Part shown: positions 1 to 11,080 of the stretch, piece by piece | How the letters are laid out: each line of letters begins with the position of its first letter | Position numbering within the stretch: position 1 is the stretch's first letter | Assembly (NCBI RefSeq): GCF_036321535.1 | Contig: NC_087437.1 | Span: 46,254,001-46,318,000 of the forward strand | Source of the DNA: Camelus dromedarius | Lineage: Eukaryota | Direction of reading: 5' to 3' | Length of the DNA stretch: 64,000 nucleotides | Notes under the pieces: model-generated | The model's input: the letters and a program-made list of their open reading frames with translations, nothing else | Told to the model about the DNA's origin: nothing | Database searches by the model: none | Translations under genes and position numbers: made by a program

Positions 1-542
1 CTAAGCCTCAGTTTCTTAAGTATTTACTGTATTAAAACAAGAAGTGTTAAAGCCAGGATTCATACACATTTTTATCTGCTTCCAAAGCTTACTCATGTTG
101 CCACTATGCTGTACAAGCCCCTTTATGCTCTTCTGCCAGTGCAGTCCCAGAAGCAGCTGAAATAACAGAACTTTAAAAGGGCAGGTCAAGCGTCAGATAT
201 TAGACATTGAAACTTAGGAGCTGATGGCCATATCAACCAGACAGGTCAACAGAGTCCTGAAAGCAGTGGCTCTAGGTAGAGACCAAAATCACCTCTGGTT
301 ATGAGAGGAGGAATTCTTTGTCTAAGCAGAACTCAAATATGGATGAGTTTACTAATGGTTGTTCTTATGATCCAATGTTTAGTCAATTACTCATGTTAAG
401 AGCGGGCATTAATTCACCAATGGTTATGTTATCTTGGCCAAGTTGCTTAACTTGCCAAAAATCCATTTTCCATCTATAAGATGAAGAACATGAAAGCATC
501 TGTTTTGTAGGATTATTGTGAGAATTCACCACAAATACATAC

Positions 543-1093
543 TGTGGCAGATTGTCTTTTACATAGATGGCCACACCAGTATACATATCCCAATCCCACA
601 TGCATTTCTTAAATTGTGACTGACATCCTCCCACTGAAACTTGAGATCTGTGTTCTGTTTGAATCTGGGAGACTTGACTTCTCTGATCAATAGATGTGGC
701 AGAAGTGATGCTATGTGACTTCCAAGGCTAGGTCATAAAAAGGATATAGCTTCCATCTGTTCCCTCTCTTAGGACACTTGCCCTTAGAACTCAGCTACCA
801 TGCTGTGAGGAAGCCAACTAACTCAAACAGAGAGGTCAATGTGGAGAGCAAACACGGCCCCCAGCAGGCTGCCACCACCAAATACCACATGTGAGTGAAG
901 ATGCTTTCAGATAATTCCAGCTCCCAGCCTTTGAGTCTTCCATCCAAAGCTCCAGACATCAGAGCAGAGACCAGCTGCCCTCACTGTGCCCCATCCAAAT
1001 TCCTGGCCCACAGTATCAGTGAACATGACTCATTACTGTTCTGTGCCACTGAATTTGGGGTTAATTTGTTACGCATCCATAGTAACTGGAACA
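543..1093 (+). mobile_element. MaLR solo LTR (MLT1G/H-like)
   Basis: Starts TGTGGCAG and ends ...GTAACTGGAACA; contains typical MLT1 blocks (gaagtgatgctatgtgacttccaaggctaggtcataaaa; ccatgctgtgaggaagcc; ccaaattcctggcccacag). Subfamily from recall. Confidence 0.85.
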
Positions 1094-2039
1094 GATATAA
1101 GTAATACAAAAGAAAAATAAGATAGCCAGGGAATTTATGTAACTCATTTCCTGTTCATTAATCTAATATACACTGCTAGACCAAGTGGACTCAATCAAGA
1201 GTCAGTTCTGGAATCTAACAACTTAGTAACCAGATTGTCAGGAAAATACCACCAAAACATAGAGGCATAGTGATACTTTCTATCGACAGATTAAACATGG
1301 TCCCTAGTCCCTTTCAGCCTTTGACAGAGGAGCAAACTTCTGTTTACTGGTCTCTAACAAATGTTTTAGCTGAGTGCTCACTGATTTACTTTTAACTAAA
1401 GTTCTACTCAGGAATGAGGAAATTCTAATAGGTAGCTCAGGGGTGGCCAACCTTAGCTCTTGTAATAATAATAAAACTTTACACTTATAAATGGTCTTAT
1501 ATTGGGTTTTTACATTCTTAATCTCTAGCAGGGTTTATTAATGCATTTGGATAGGCTTAGCAGAGAGGCAAACTGTCCTTTTCCTCTTACCCAGTCTCAG
1601 CTCTTCTACCAGCATCCTTGAAACTGTGGCAGGCTAATGTTGCAGGGCTGTTAGCGTGCAAGTAGGGTAAAATCTTAGAACTTCAGAGTTCTTGGAAGTT
1701 ATATAATGTCTTTCTATGCCTGCCCAATCCTTCCATAGTATTTATTTCTCTTCCAAGGGTGAGATGGTTGCCATGCATTCACATAGCATCTGGGCAAGTG
1801 CCAATTTACCAGGTCCTCTCAAGATTCTATCCCAAGAGGCTATTCCTTAATACAAGTACATAGATGCCAAAAGTGGTCACCAGTTTCTTTGTTTCATCCT
1901 CAGTTATACATACTTCTCTGTGGTTTGCATATAGCCTTATCATGTATCTCAGCAGCTATAAGCAGAAGCAAAGACACAGATTATGTGTTATAGGAGGAGA
2001 ATCCTGAACTTAAGAAACCTGGATCTTGTATAATATGCA

Positions 2040-2300
2040 GTCAGCATGCTTGACCTTTGCTTCAGAGGGAGAATTTTCTTTGTTATACTGGGCAGTAAGC
2101 ACACCTGCCTTTTACTTCATGGGGGAAACACTACCTCTATCTTCCAAGGCTGTAAGCAAACCTGATCTTTGCTCTAGAGGGAGATGCATCTATATTTTAA
2201 GGCTGTTTGCTATATGAATATCCTTGAGAAGATAGTTCAGAACAAAGGGCAGTCAGTATCTCTGCAAACAAGACGTGTAGAAATATTGAGAGTCTCCCAG
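2040..2300 (-). mobile_element. ERVL-class LTR fragment (MER74/MER76-like)
   Basis: aaggctgtttgctatatgaatatccttgagaagatagttcagaacaaagggcagtcagt...gacgtgtagaaa resembles a recalled ERVL LTR end; left boundary uncertain. Confidence 0.5.
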
Positions 2301-3169
2301 TAATAACTCCCAATCTTTAAAGGATCTAAAGAAATTTCAGAACAACTTATAGTTTCACAAGAGATCAAAGATCAATGACATCTGTATGTGTCAGGGAAAG
2401 TAGAGATAAATGTGCACCATGACTTGGATTTGCATTTTTTTTTTTTTTTTGCTCTGGACTGTACTTCAGGGTGGTCCCCATCACTGGGGTAGCAAAGAAA
2501 ACCTTAAAAAAATTCAGTTTCCCTTCAGTTCAAGTCTGTCTTTTCATATTGGTTTTGGGGATTGGGTGTCTATCGAGACTAAGCATCATAATTCACAATG
2601 ACACTGTGAAGTAAACAGAGTGGGTATTTACTCTCTCCAGTTGATGGGAGAGGAAATTATTCCACAGTTGGTAAGAGGGAAGAGAACACTGAGGGACAGG
2701 TTGTAGTGGCAAATGCAGAAAGATAGTAAGAAAAGCTGAGTTTCTAAGACTTGCTTAAAAGAATAAAGGGGACTTACTGGGGCTCAGCTGCTTTGGGTTA
2801 GAGAGGGTATTAATCACTCACTGCTTTCATATCCATTCTCCACCCTTTCACTGCCCTGCTCTGCTAATTGGCTGCACCTTTATAAAAAAAGAAACTAGAC
2901 AAACTGCTTATTGGCCCAGGGAGATGTCAAGAAAGACTGTTTTTTGGCCTGTGCTCTTGCCAGAAAACAAAAACAAAACCACCATGACAGGTTAACATCC
3001 AAATTATACCATCTGTGTGGTCTAAGAATCTGATACTGAGAAATTTCATATCAATTGAACTCTGGCTAGTGAGTTACCAGGGACCTCTGGAGAAGACAAA
3101 GCCACTCTGGAGAACCAGTGTTACAGCCCAGGTTGCAAGGGGCTCCAAAAGATTTTTGACTCAAGATGA

Positions 3170-3367
3170 GCTCACAATACAAAATTATAAAATAGGCAAA
3201 GTAAGAATTCGCCATAAGCAGTAACTTGAGATCATAGAACATTATGATAGAGACAATAAAAATTTTTGCTTCAAATAATTAGGTAAAAAGAATAAATGAA
3301 TCTAAAAGGAAAGAATAATAGAAAATGAAAAATGTATAGGAAGATTTGAAAAAAAACAACCAAATAG
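3170..3367 (+). mobile_element. Old L1 (L1ME-like) ORF1 fragment, left part of a split element
   Basis: A-rich L1 ORF1 coiled-coil-region sequence ending gatttgaaaaaaaacaaccaaatag; its continuation appears at ~5212. Confidence 0.6.
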
Positions 3368-5210
3368 TTGATTTCTGCTGCTGGCCACAATGCAATAGTC
3401 TTTTTTATTAGTGATTACTTTAGAAAAAATATAAAAAACAAGTATCTGACAACCCTGAAAATTTAGCAAAACTAAACAGACTGGGGGAAGGAGTCTACAT
3501 TTGAAGAGTGACCTGTATGGAAGTAAATTTCCAGTTTTGTTCTCTTTTTAAGCTCCTTATCTTGCACTGAGATGGGGGCCCCAGTTGCAGAGCTATAGCT
3601 GCAGCTTAAACTCTAAGATAAACCACATCTTTCTGGCCAGCAGCTCAGAAAGGGGGCACCAGAGCATGGGGATGTCATTGGAGAGAGCTGAAGAGAGGGA
3701 CTGATGTGTTTGAACTGGAACAAGTTCCAGGCTTATGCTGGACCTGTGCAAGCACGGGGCAGACCCAAAGCAATATGGCGAAGGCTGTGAACGCTGAACC
3801 CGATAGTGGAACCACTGCCTAGCGAAGGTGAGACAGACTTGCATTCTAGACCTAAATGAGTTGACTGTTTGCTAAAACAAATTCTCTGGAGGACTTTAGC
3901 AGGACCAAAGGTCTTACATACAACTGAAAAAACAACCAAACTCAAAGTGTCCAACATACAATTAAAAATTACACAATATACCACAAATAAACAAAAAAGG
4001 CCACCAGGAAAATGTGACCAGTTCTCAAGAGAAAAAGACAATAAACCCCTAAACCTCAAGACGATCCAGAGTTTACAGGTCAAAGACTCTAAATTGACTG
4101 CTATGCTCTGTATCAAGATAGAAACACTCAATGAATGGGAAGATAGAAGTTCTACTGAGAGAAATAGGATAACATAAAATAGAACCAAGTAGAAATTATA
4201 GAACTGAAGTACAATATCAGAAATGAAAAAAATTCCATGGATGGACTTAGTAGCAGAATAGATGACCAAAGAATCAGTGAATTTAAATATAGATGAATAA
4301 TAATTATCCCATTTGAACAAGAGTAAAAAAATCATCCAAAAAGTTAATAGAGGCCTAGGGACACTGGAGACAATAGCAACATGTCTAATATTGTTGTCAT
4401 TTGAATTCCAGAAGGAGAGGAAAAAGAGACTGGTGCAGAAAAAATGTTTGAAGAAATAATGACAGGAGCCTTCCCAGATTTGAGAGACACCAATTTACAG
4501 ATTTAAGAAGCTCAGCAAAGCCATAACAGGATAAACTCAAATTAAAATGAGCCCAGATGCATCATAATCAACCTCCTGAAAACCAAAAAGAAAAAGAAAA
4601 AAAAAATCTTGAAATAACACATTACATAGAGGGGAACAACTTGAGTAACCAAAGATTTCTCTTCTGAGATCTTGGAGGTCACAAGATGGTGGAACTATAC
4701 ATGTTTAAAGTGCTCAAAAAAAGTACTGTCAATCCAGAATTCTGTATTCAGTAAAAATATATCAGGAAGGAAGGAAAACTAAGTTTGTTACCAGCAGATC
4801 TGTTCTAAAAGAAACACTAAAGGAAGTTAATTAGGTTGAAGGGAAATAATACTGAAGAGAAACTTGGAACTTCAGAAATGAAAGAAGAACAGTAAAAATA
4901 GTAAATAATTGGCTAAGTTTAATAGACTCTTAAGTTCTTTAAATTATGGCAGTTGACAGCAAAAATTATAACTTCAGTGGGTTTTTCATGTCTATAGATG
5001 TAAAACATTATGACAGCTATAACATAAAAGGGAGAAGGCAAAGGGACCTATATGGTTATAAGGTTTCTATATTTTACTTGCAGTGATAGAATATTAAATC
5101 AAAATGGACTAAATATTAGATACATCATTTTGTTTGTAGAGCAGCCATGAAAAATTATGTAAAGCCCAAACACCAACACAAGTTTAAATGGAATACTGAA
5201 AAACATTTAA
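3368..5210 (+). mobile_element. L1M (L1MC/MD- or HAL1-like): 5' UTR + decayed ORF1 + part of the inter-ORF spacer, no ORF2
   Basis: 4410-4610 translates piecewise to EEKETGAEKMFEEIMTGAFPDL...NRINSN...PRCIIINLLKTKKKK (L1 ORF1 RRM region); tgtcaatccagaattctgtattcagtaaaaatat at ~4727 matches the ORF1 C-terminal domain; many stops and frameshifts. Confidence 0.85.
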
Positions 5211-5211
5211 A

Positions 5212-5370
5212 AATAACTAAAGAACCTTTGTAGAAATGTAAAATAGTCATTAAAATGGAAACTCAGTACATGGCTTAATCATCTGGTTAAAGGGAGCTAA
5301 AAAAAAAAATAAATTGAAAGCTAGATAAAAGAAAATTGCCCAAGATGCACCACAGGAAGATAAAGCGATC
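5212..5370 (+). mobile_element. Old L1 (L1ME-like) ORF1 fragment, right part of the split element
   Basis: agaacctttgtagaaatgtaaaatagtcattaaaatggaaactcag...gaaaattgcccaagatgcaccacaggaagataaag continues the L1 ORF1 consensus broken at 3367. Confidence 0.6.
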
Positions 5371-6059
5371 GGTTTTATTGATAGAGTCAATAATAATCTT
5401 TCAAATGTCTTTTGAAAGATTTTAAATTATATCTAAAGTGAAGTAATTGAATAATGTTCATCAGTTCTGTTTGATTTCATATACACCAATTCACTATTCA
5501 CATTTTTAAATAAGTTGTAACACATTTGTTAATACCTGTGAGTTTGGACCCCCTGCTTGGAATAGGGTTTTTCTTTTTAAGCATTCACATACACTAGAGG
5601 TTTTGGGGTCTGCTCTGAACTATAAAGAAAACTTGGCTATGTTGTTTTCCAAGGTGTCCTCATTCTTACGGGCACAAATAACCGTTGTCACCAATTTGAT
5701 TCTGTAATTTCTGCATCTACCTGCTGTGAATTGCAAAATTCCTTGGCAACACTTTAAATTCATTCAGCAACTTGAAAGGTCATGAGTCACCAGCCTGAAT
5801 GTGGAGCCTAGCCAAATCTTGGAAGGATCATAGAAACACCCTCAGCTCTTGCTTTGAGGGAGTGGCCTGGTGGGAAGAGCAGGGGTGCCCCGGAGCAGGA
5901 CAGCTCCCTGTGGATCTGGGAAGGGAGGCTGTGCTTAAAATGCACTGGAAACAGAATTTGGCAGCCATGGGTACTTGGTAAATTTTAGAGAATAAGAATT
6001 AAGGCTGTCCAGTGTTAGTAGGTTCCATGGTAGTCAAACAAGAACAAACCTTGTAATAA

Positions 6060-6240
6060 GAAACATAACAACTTTATTGTTTACCTAGCCAAGCACTGTC
6101 CTTTTTAATCCTCTTAATAACCCTGAATGACAGGCAGTATCATCCACATTTTACTGATGAGGAAACTGAAGTTCAAGGAAAGATGAAGTCAAAATTCTGT
6201 GACAGACCTGTCTAGCACCAAGGTCTTACCATTGAGCGGT
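6060..6240 (-). mobile_element. MIR SINE
   Basis: CORE reverse complement cattttactgatgaggaaactgaagttc at ~6147-6175. Confidence 0.8.
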
Positions 6241-6854
6241 CTCCTGTGTAATCTTCAGCATCACTGATCTCAATGGACATCTGAATAGATAATACTTATC
6301 TATTTAGGTGCTTATAATATACACACCTATAGGAACCTTTGACTTACATGCATAATGAAAAATGTTCTTGTTTGAGCATGGAGTCCCACAACTGTTTATG
6401 TCATAGATCCACTCTGAAGAAACATCTTCTTACTTAAGACCTTCTTACTTAGTGAGGGGGTCTGTGGGCAGCTTTAGGGAATAGGTTAGGTTATGTTCAT
6501 TTCCTTTGTTTGTTAGTTGGGCTTTGTGTGTGGGCCTCTTGTTAGCCTATCCATTGGAGTTCTCTTTATACACACATGTACACAGTATTACTGTCTTAGA
6601 TTCTCTGAAGTTGAACAAACCAGTAGGTAGCTGAGCTTAATTATCTACTCACTGTAGAGCCCTAGTAAGAACATGCCAATAAATGATCATGAACCTACAT
6701 CCCTCAGGGAACACCAGGCTCCACTGAGCACAGCAGTTGGTGGATCAGGTCCTGGGATGGCCTTATGTACAAACACAGAACAGGGAGATGCCTAAGTAGT
6801 TTGTTTTAGGGGATTCTGAAAGGCCGTCTTTGCAATACCACACATTCCACTGGA

Positions 6855-7343
6855 CAAATATTTACCTAATGAGCCTTATGTGTCAGGTAATGCATCAAGC
6901 TCTGGGTACACAAGGATGAAGTCAAAATCCATGACTTCTCAGCGCTCGCCATCCAATCACAAAGGAGGGCTGGAAACAAAATAGTGGATCTGTAACCATC
7001 AGGGTTGTAAACTTCACGAAGTCCCAGATGAGCACATAATTAATACTGTTGTGTGGGAAGGTGGGAGGAGAAAGCCAGGGAAAGCATACTGGAAGATATC
7101 TGAGTTGGATTTAATGGTTGAGTTAGAGTTCAACAGGATTACGAGAGCACAGGGCATTGCAGCCAGAGGGAAGTGTGGGGGCAGAGCAGATCCAGTGAAC
7201 TCTGCTCCTGGCCAGTGAGAGGAGTGTGTAGCTTGAGCTTGGGACGCTTTGGAGAAGGACTTGGGGGGGAAATGTGGAAGACGAGACTGGAACGTTCAGA
7301 GGCCACATCACAAGTCACGTGGCTTTTTTCTGTTGGCTCCAGT
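6855..7343 (-). mobile_element. L2 LINE 3' region, interrupted by Blackjack and resuming at 10035-10120
   Basis: Starts with an L2 3'-end-like tatttacctaatgagccttatgtgtcagg; resumes after the transposon with gggagtactgctgcaggttttaagcaaggaaattatataattagatttgtgcttta. Confidence 0.65.
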
Positions 7344-10034
7344 TAGGGTGGCCATAAAATTTACTGTTCAAACTAGGATACTTTTGAGAGTAAAAGGGAG
7401 ATGTTACAAATCATTGGAATTTAAAATTTTTAATATTCATTGATCATCAGGTTAATTCTATTATGCTTTTTGAAGAGAAAATTCTTTCTCAAAGTATAAA
7501 GACTTTTATCTTGTATATTAAAGCAAAAATTAAAAATCTCATTATGTGAACCATAAAAATAATATGAGCAAAAATTATTCTTGCTATAGCCACATTATAT
7601 CTGCTTTTTTACAACTATCTCTAATATTATGTCATTAGTATTTTTCTGAGAATTGATATTTTTCAGTATAATCTTATTTTTAACATTTTAATGAAACAGT
7701 AATGTTTAAAGCTCTATTTTACGGTATGTAGATTAGAATGTTTGATAACTCCATTGAACTCTTTTTTTTTTTAATTGAGAAAATACTCTTCCTGCAGGCT
7801 CTGAGAAATGTTCAAAACAAATTATGTTAAATGGAAGATATTCTCAATTCATTTTTTTTTCATATTAAAATTTGTAAACATCTCTGGCTCTTTTCTTTCT
7901 CTATTCAGTGTATCTTTCTTCAACAAGTACTTTTATAAGACAGCTCATCAAATAAGTTGTCCCTGTTTATGATGTTTTTGAATTTTTGCCAAATATAAAT
8001 GATACAAATTATAGGCTTTCTCAATTTCATTCCACTCTAGAATAGAATATAATTTATCCAACTAAAAATAGTAGCTTTATTAAATAATGCTGCCTACAAG
8101 TAATATGTTTTAAATGACAATTAAGAATTTTCAAACTGAAATTTATATATCCTGTAAGCTCTTGTCATTTAATTTATTCAGTTTTTCCTTTGGGAGGGTA
8201 AGTTTCAATGACTTCCTCATTGTAAACTTTGTTTTTAGTAATCAAAATTTATGAAAAGCTTCAAAAACTGAAGTGTTTTGACATTTCATTTGTTGAGCAT
8301 TTTATTTCCAACTAATTTCAAACAAATAGCAAACAAAATTTAGAGCACTTGTTTATAAAGTTCACCTCCATTATAGGACACTTAGGTTGCCGTGAAATAA
8401 AAACTATTCAAAAGATCAAACATTTTTTAACATCCAATTGATTGCAGGTAGCAAAATGAGGAAGTATGTGTTGCCACATGAATATATTTGGTCATTAGTA
8501 CCTGTGTCATTACAGATTTTTATGCAGTTAAATCATTTTAACTATGTATATACGTATACATATATGTGTAAAATTTGAGAACTATGGCTTTCAAGTACTA
8601 TTGTATCTTGAGTAGTAGAGTATCATAACTTATTCTGACACACTTATGAATTACATGTGTACCACAACCAGGTCCGAGTTCTGCATAGTTCTAATCTTTT
8701 TAATGCTTCTTTAGATCTCTGTTTTTACCGTGATACTAGGTTCCATCAATTTCTAATTGTTTTACCACAACAAAAACAAATAATTGCTTTTAATATTAAA
8801 AAATTTAACTGAATTTAGTAATAGCCTTAGCAGAAATGTCAGATGTTTCAGCTATGCCTGAATGAAGTATTTTATAAGTCGACAAAAACAGTTGAACCAT
8901 TTTTAAATTAATTGATTTTCTATTTGTAGCTGAAGACTGATGCAAAACTTGTACTACTTAACTGAGGCTTTTCTTCTAACGGAGATAGTACATTAACAAC
9001 TCTCACTTTATTTTTTTATATTTGCACAAGGAAACTTGGAATAAAAAATAAGCAATATTAATTTAGAAAAGCCACGTGGTCTAAATGAAAAGTGACGCTT
9101 TACAGTGTGTTATGGAAACTCACCTTCAATGGCTGCATGTATTAAATTACCATGTTTGGGCAAAGTCTTTTGTTAACTTTGGAGGAGTTGCTGATGTGTA
9201 TTCAGAAGTTTTTTTGTCTTCTGGTTTTCACATGGCCAGTGATATCAGTAGCTCACGCAGTGGATGGTAATTCTCAAGAAATGTTTGGTATGTATTACTT
9301 TGTAATCATTAACTTTCTTGATAAATGGAAATTCAGTCTTAACTTTTCATTAAGTTTGAATTTTCTTCTTTTTAGCTCATTGCCATTGAAAAGGTTTATT
9401 GCAAAATAAAAATGCATTAACAAGCAATAAAATATAGTTAAAGCTCTAACTATACTGTAAATTGCCAAATGACAAACTTTTGTAGTAAGAATATTCAGAC
9501 TATTCTCTATGCACTCTTTAGCAGGGTTGCTTATTCTCTATTTTCTGCACATATTTTCACTGACATTTAACTTGTTTTCATGTTTCCCACTTGACTAACT
9601 GTCAGCCTGCTGACTTCCTGTAGTTTGAGGGCAGTGCCCTTGGACTGGAAGGAGTTAACTGGCTTTACCCAAGTATATTAAGATGCAGTTTAATTTATGA
9701 ATGAATTATGAATGAGTAACCCTGTGTGCTGTTCTTAAAAGGGAAATGTAACTTGAGTTGGGTGATAAAGGGATTGGAAAGGAGAGTTGTATTATTTTCA
9801 GATTCAGTCAAATAGTCAAATACGACTAAATCTATTCATTGCACATGCTTCTCACAGAGTACCCAAAGAGCCTCTGGAAGTATAGATGCCCATTTAGACA
9901 CATTATAGCTTATTTTAGTACAAATATTAATGTTATTTTGGCAGAAATCCAAAGCACGTGCTGAACAGGATGGGCCACTAGACAAGAGGCAGAAATAAAA
10001 ACTATCTTGGGCAAATGAAAACATAGTTTATTCA
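7344..10034 (-). mobile_element. hAT-Blackjack DNA transposon, near full length, with decayed transposase on the minus strand
   Basis: Left end TAGGGTGGCCATAAAATTTACTGTTCAAACTAGGATACTTTTGAGAGTAAAAGGG matches recalled Blackjack/MER81 terminus; degraded opposite terminus at ~9980-10034; minus strand from ATG ~9380 reads piecewise EFPFIKKVNDYKVIHTKHFLRITIH..DITGHVKTRR (eroded BED-finger-like). Confidence 0.8.
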
Positions 10035-10366
10035 GTCAGGGAGTACTGCTGCAGGTTTTAAGCAAGGAAATTATATAATTAGATTTGTGCTTTATTGGAT
10101 AAATTTGGAACTCTGGCAATGAGCAGTACCATTATGGAAGGAAGAACTTATAAAATGCCATCTCAGAGATTTTTGGCAATAATAAACCATTTTCTGCTTT
10201 TAAATACTTTAATACAGTAAATTTATTGTGTGGTCAGTGTCACTTAGAGACTAGAGAGTAGGATTCAGCAGAAATGTAACCTGGACAGGAAAGTTTTAAC
10301 AGGGACTCAAGGAGAGGTGGCTCTAGAGTATGTTGCAGTCCTACAGAAGTTAGAAAAAATGATCTC

Positions 10367-10870
10367 TGTCAGAAATTGGTAGTTGGTCTCCAATAACCAT
10401 CATCTCTTTTCTCTGTAGTAGAATTGCTGGTTTTCAGCAGGACACATGTCTTCTCAACCTCTCTTGCAACCTGGTAATGCCATATATCTAAGCTTTGGCT
10501 AGTACATATCACCTAGAGTGCAGTGGAACTCCCGGAAGCATTCTGAAAGGGAGGGTAAATGCCCCCTCCCATCCTCGTTCTCCTTGTCTGGAACGCAGAG
10601 CTGATGGCAGATCTCAGGTTGATGGCAACCCGAATCATGAGTAGGGGAAGCAGGGTGCTAAGAATGGTGGAGCATCAAAAGAAAAATCATCAGAAGAGAA
10701 AGAGTTTGGGTCCCTGCCTTCTGTGGCCATCAAGGTGACCCTGAAAAGCTTCCTTCCAAATCTGTTTCACTTGAGAAAGCAATGAAGTTCTGACTGTGTC
10801 ATAGATAGTGTTTAAGGCATTATCATTTTGAGTTGTCTGTCACGTCAGCTGAACTTAATTCTAACTGGCA
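10367..10870 (+). mobile_element. MaLR solo LTR (MLT1J-like)
   Basis: Starts TGTCAG; ctcaacctctcttgcaacctgg...ctaagctttggc; ends gttgtctgtcacgtcagctgaacttaattctaactggca. Confidence 0.7.
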
Positions 10871-10879
10871 TGAGGAGAT

Positions 10880-11080
10880 AATATAATGTTCACTTAAGAA
10901 AAGTTTTATATGACTTCATATTTGATCTTTACAAAACTTTTAGGTAAGTAGGGAAGGTGAACCCCCTTTTATCAAAGAAGAAACTGAAGTTCAAATATAT
11001 TTCGCTTAAGGTCACATAGCTAGATGGGGATAGGTCTAATATGTAATTTGAAGACACTCACCTCAAATTCAGTTGCCTTG
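10880..11080 (-). mobile_element. MIR SINE
   Basis: ttttatcaaagaagaaactgaagttc...cttaaggtcacatagctag. Confidence 0.7.

Noticed and set aside
3869..4177. 102-aa plus-strand ORF
   Set aside because: Decayed L1 ORF1 N-terminal region; the rest of ORF1 is frameshifted.
3733..4335. Longest ORF (200 aa, minus strand, hydrophobic)
   Set aside because: Antisense of the A-rich L1 5' UTR/ORF1; T-rich codons give a spurious membrane-protein-like composition.
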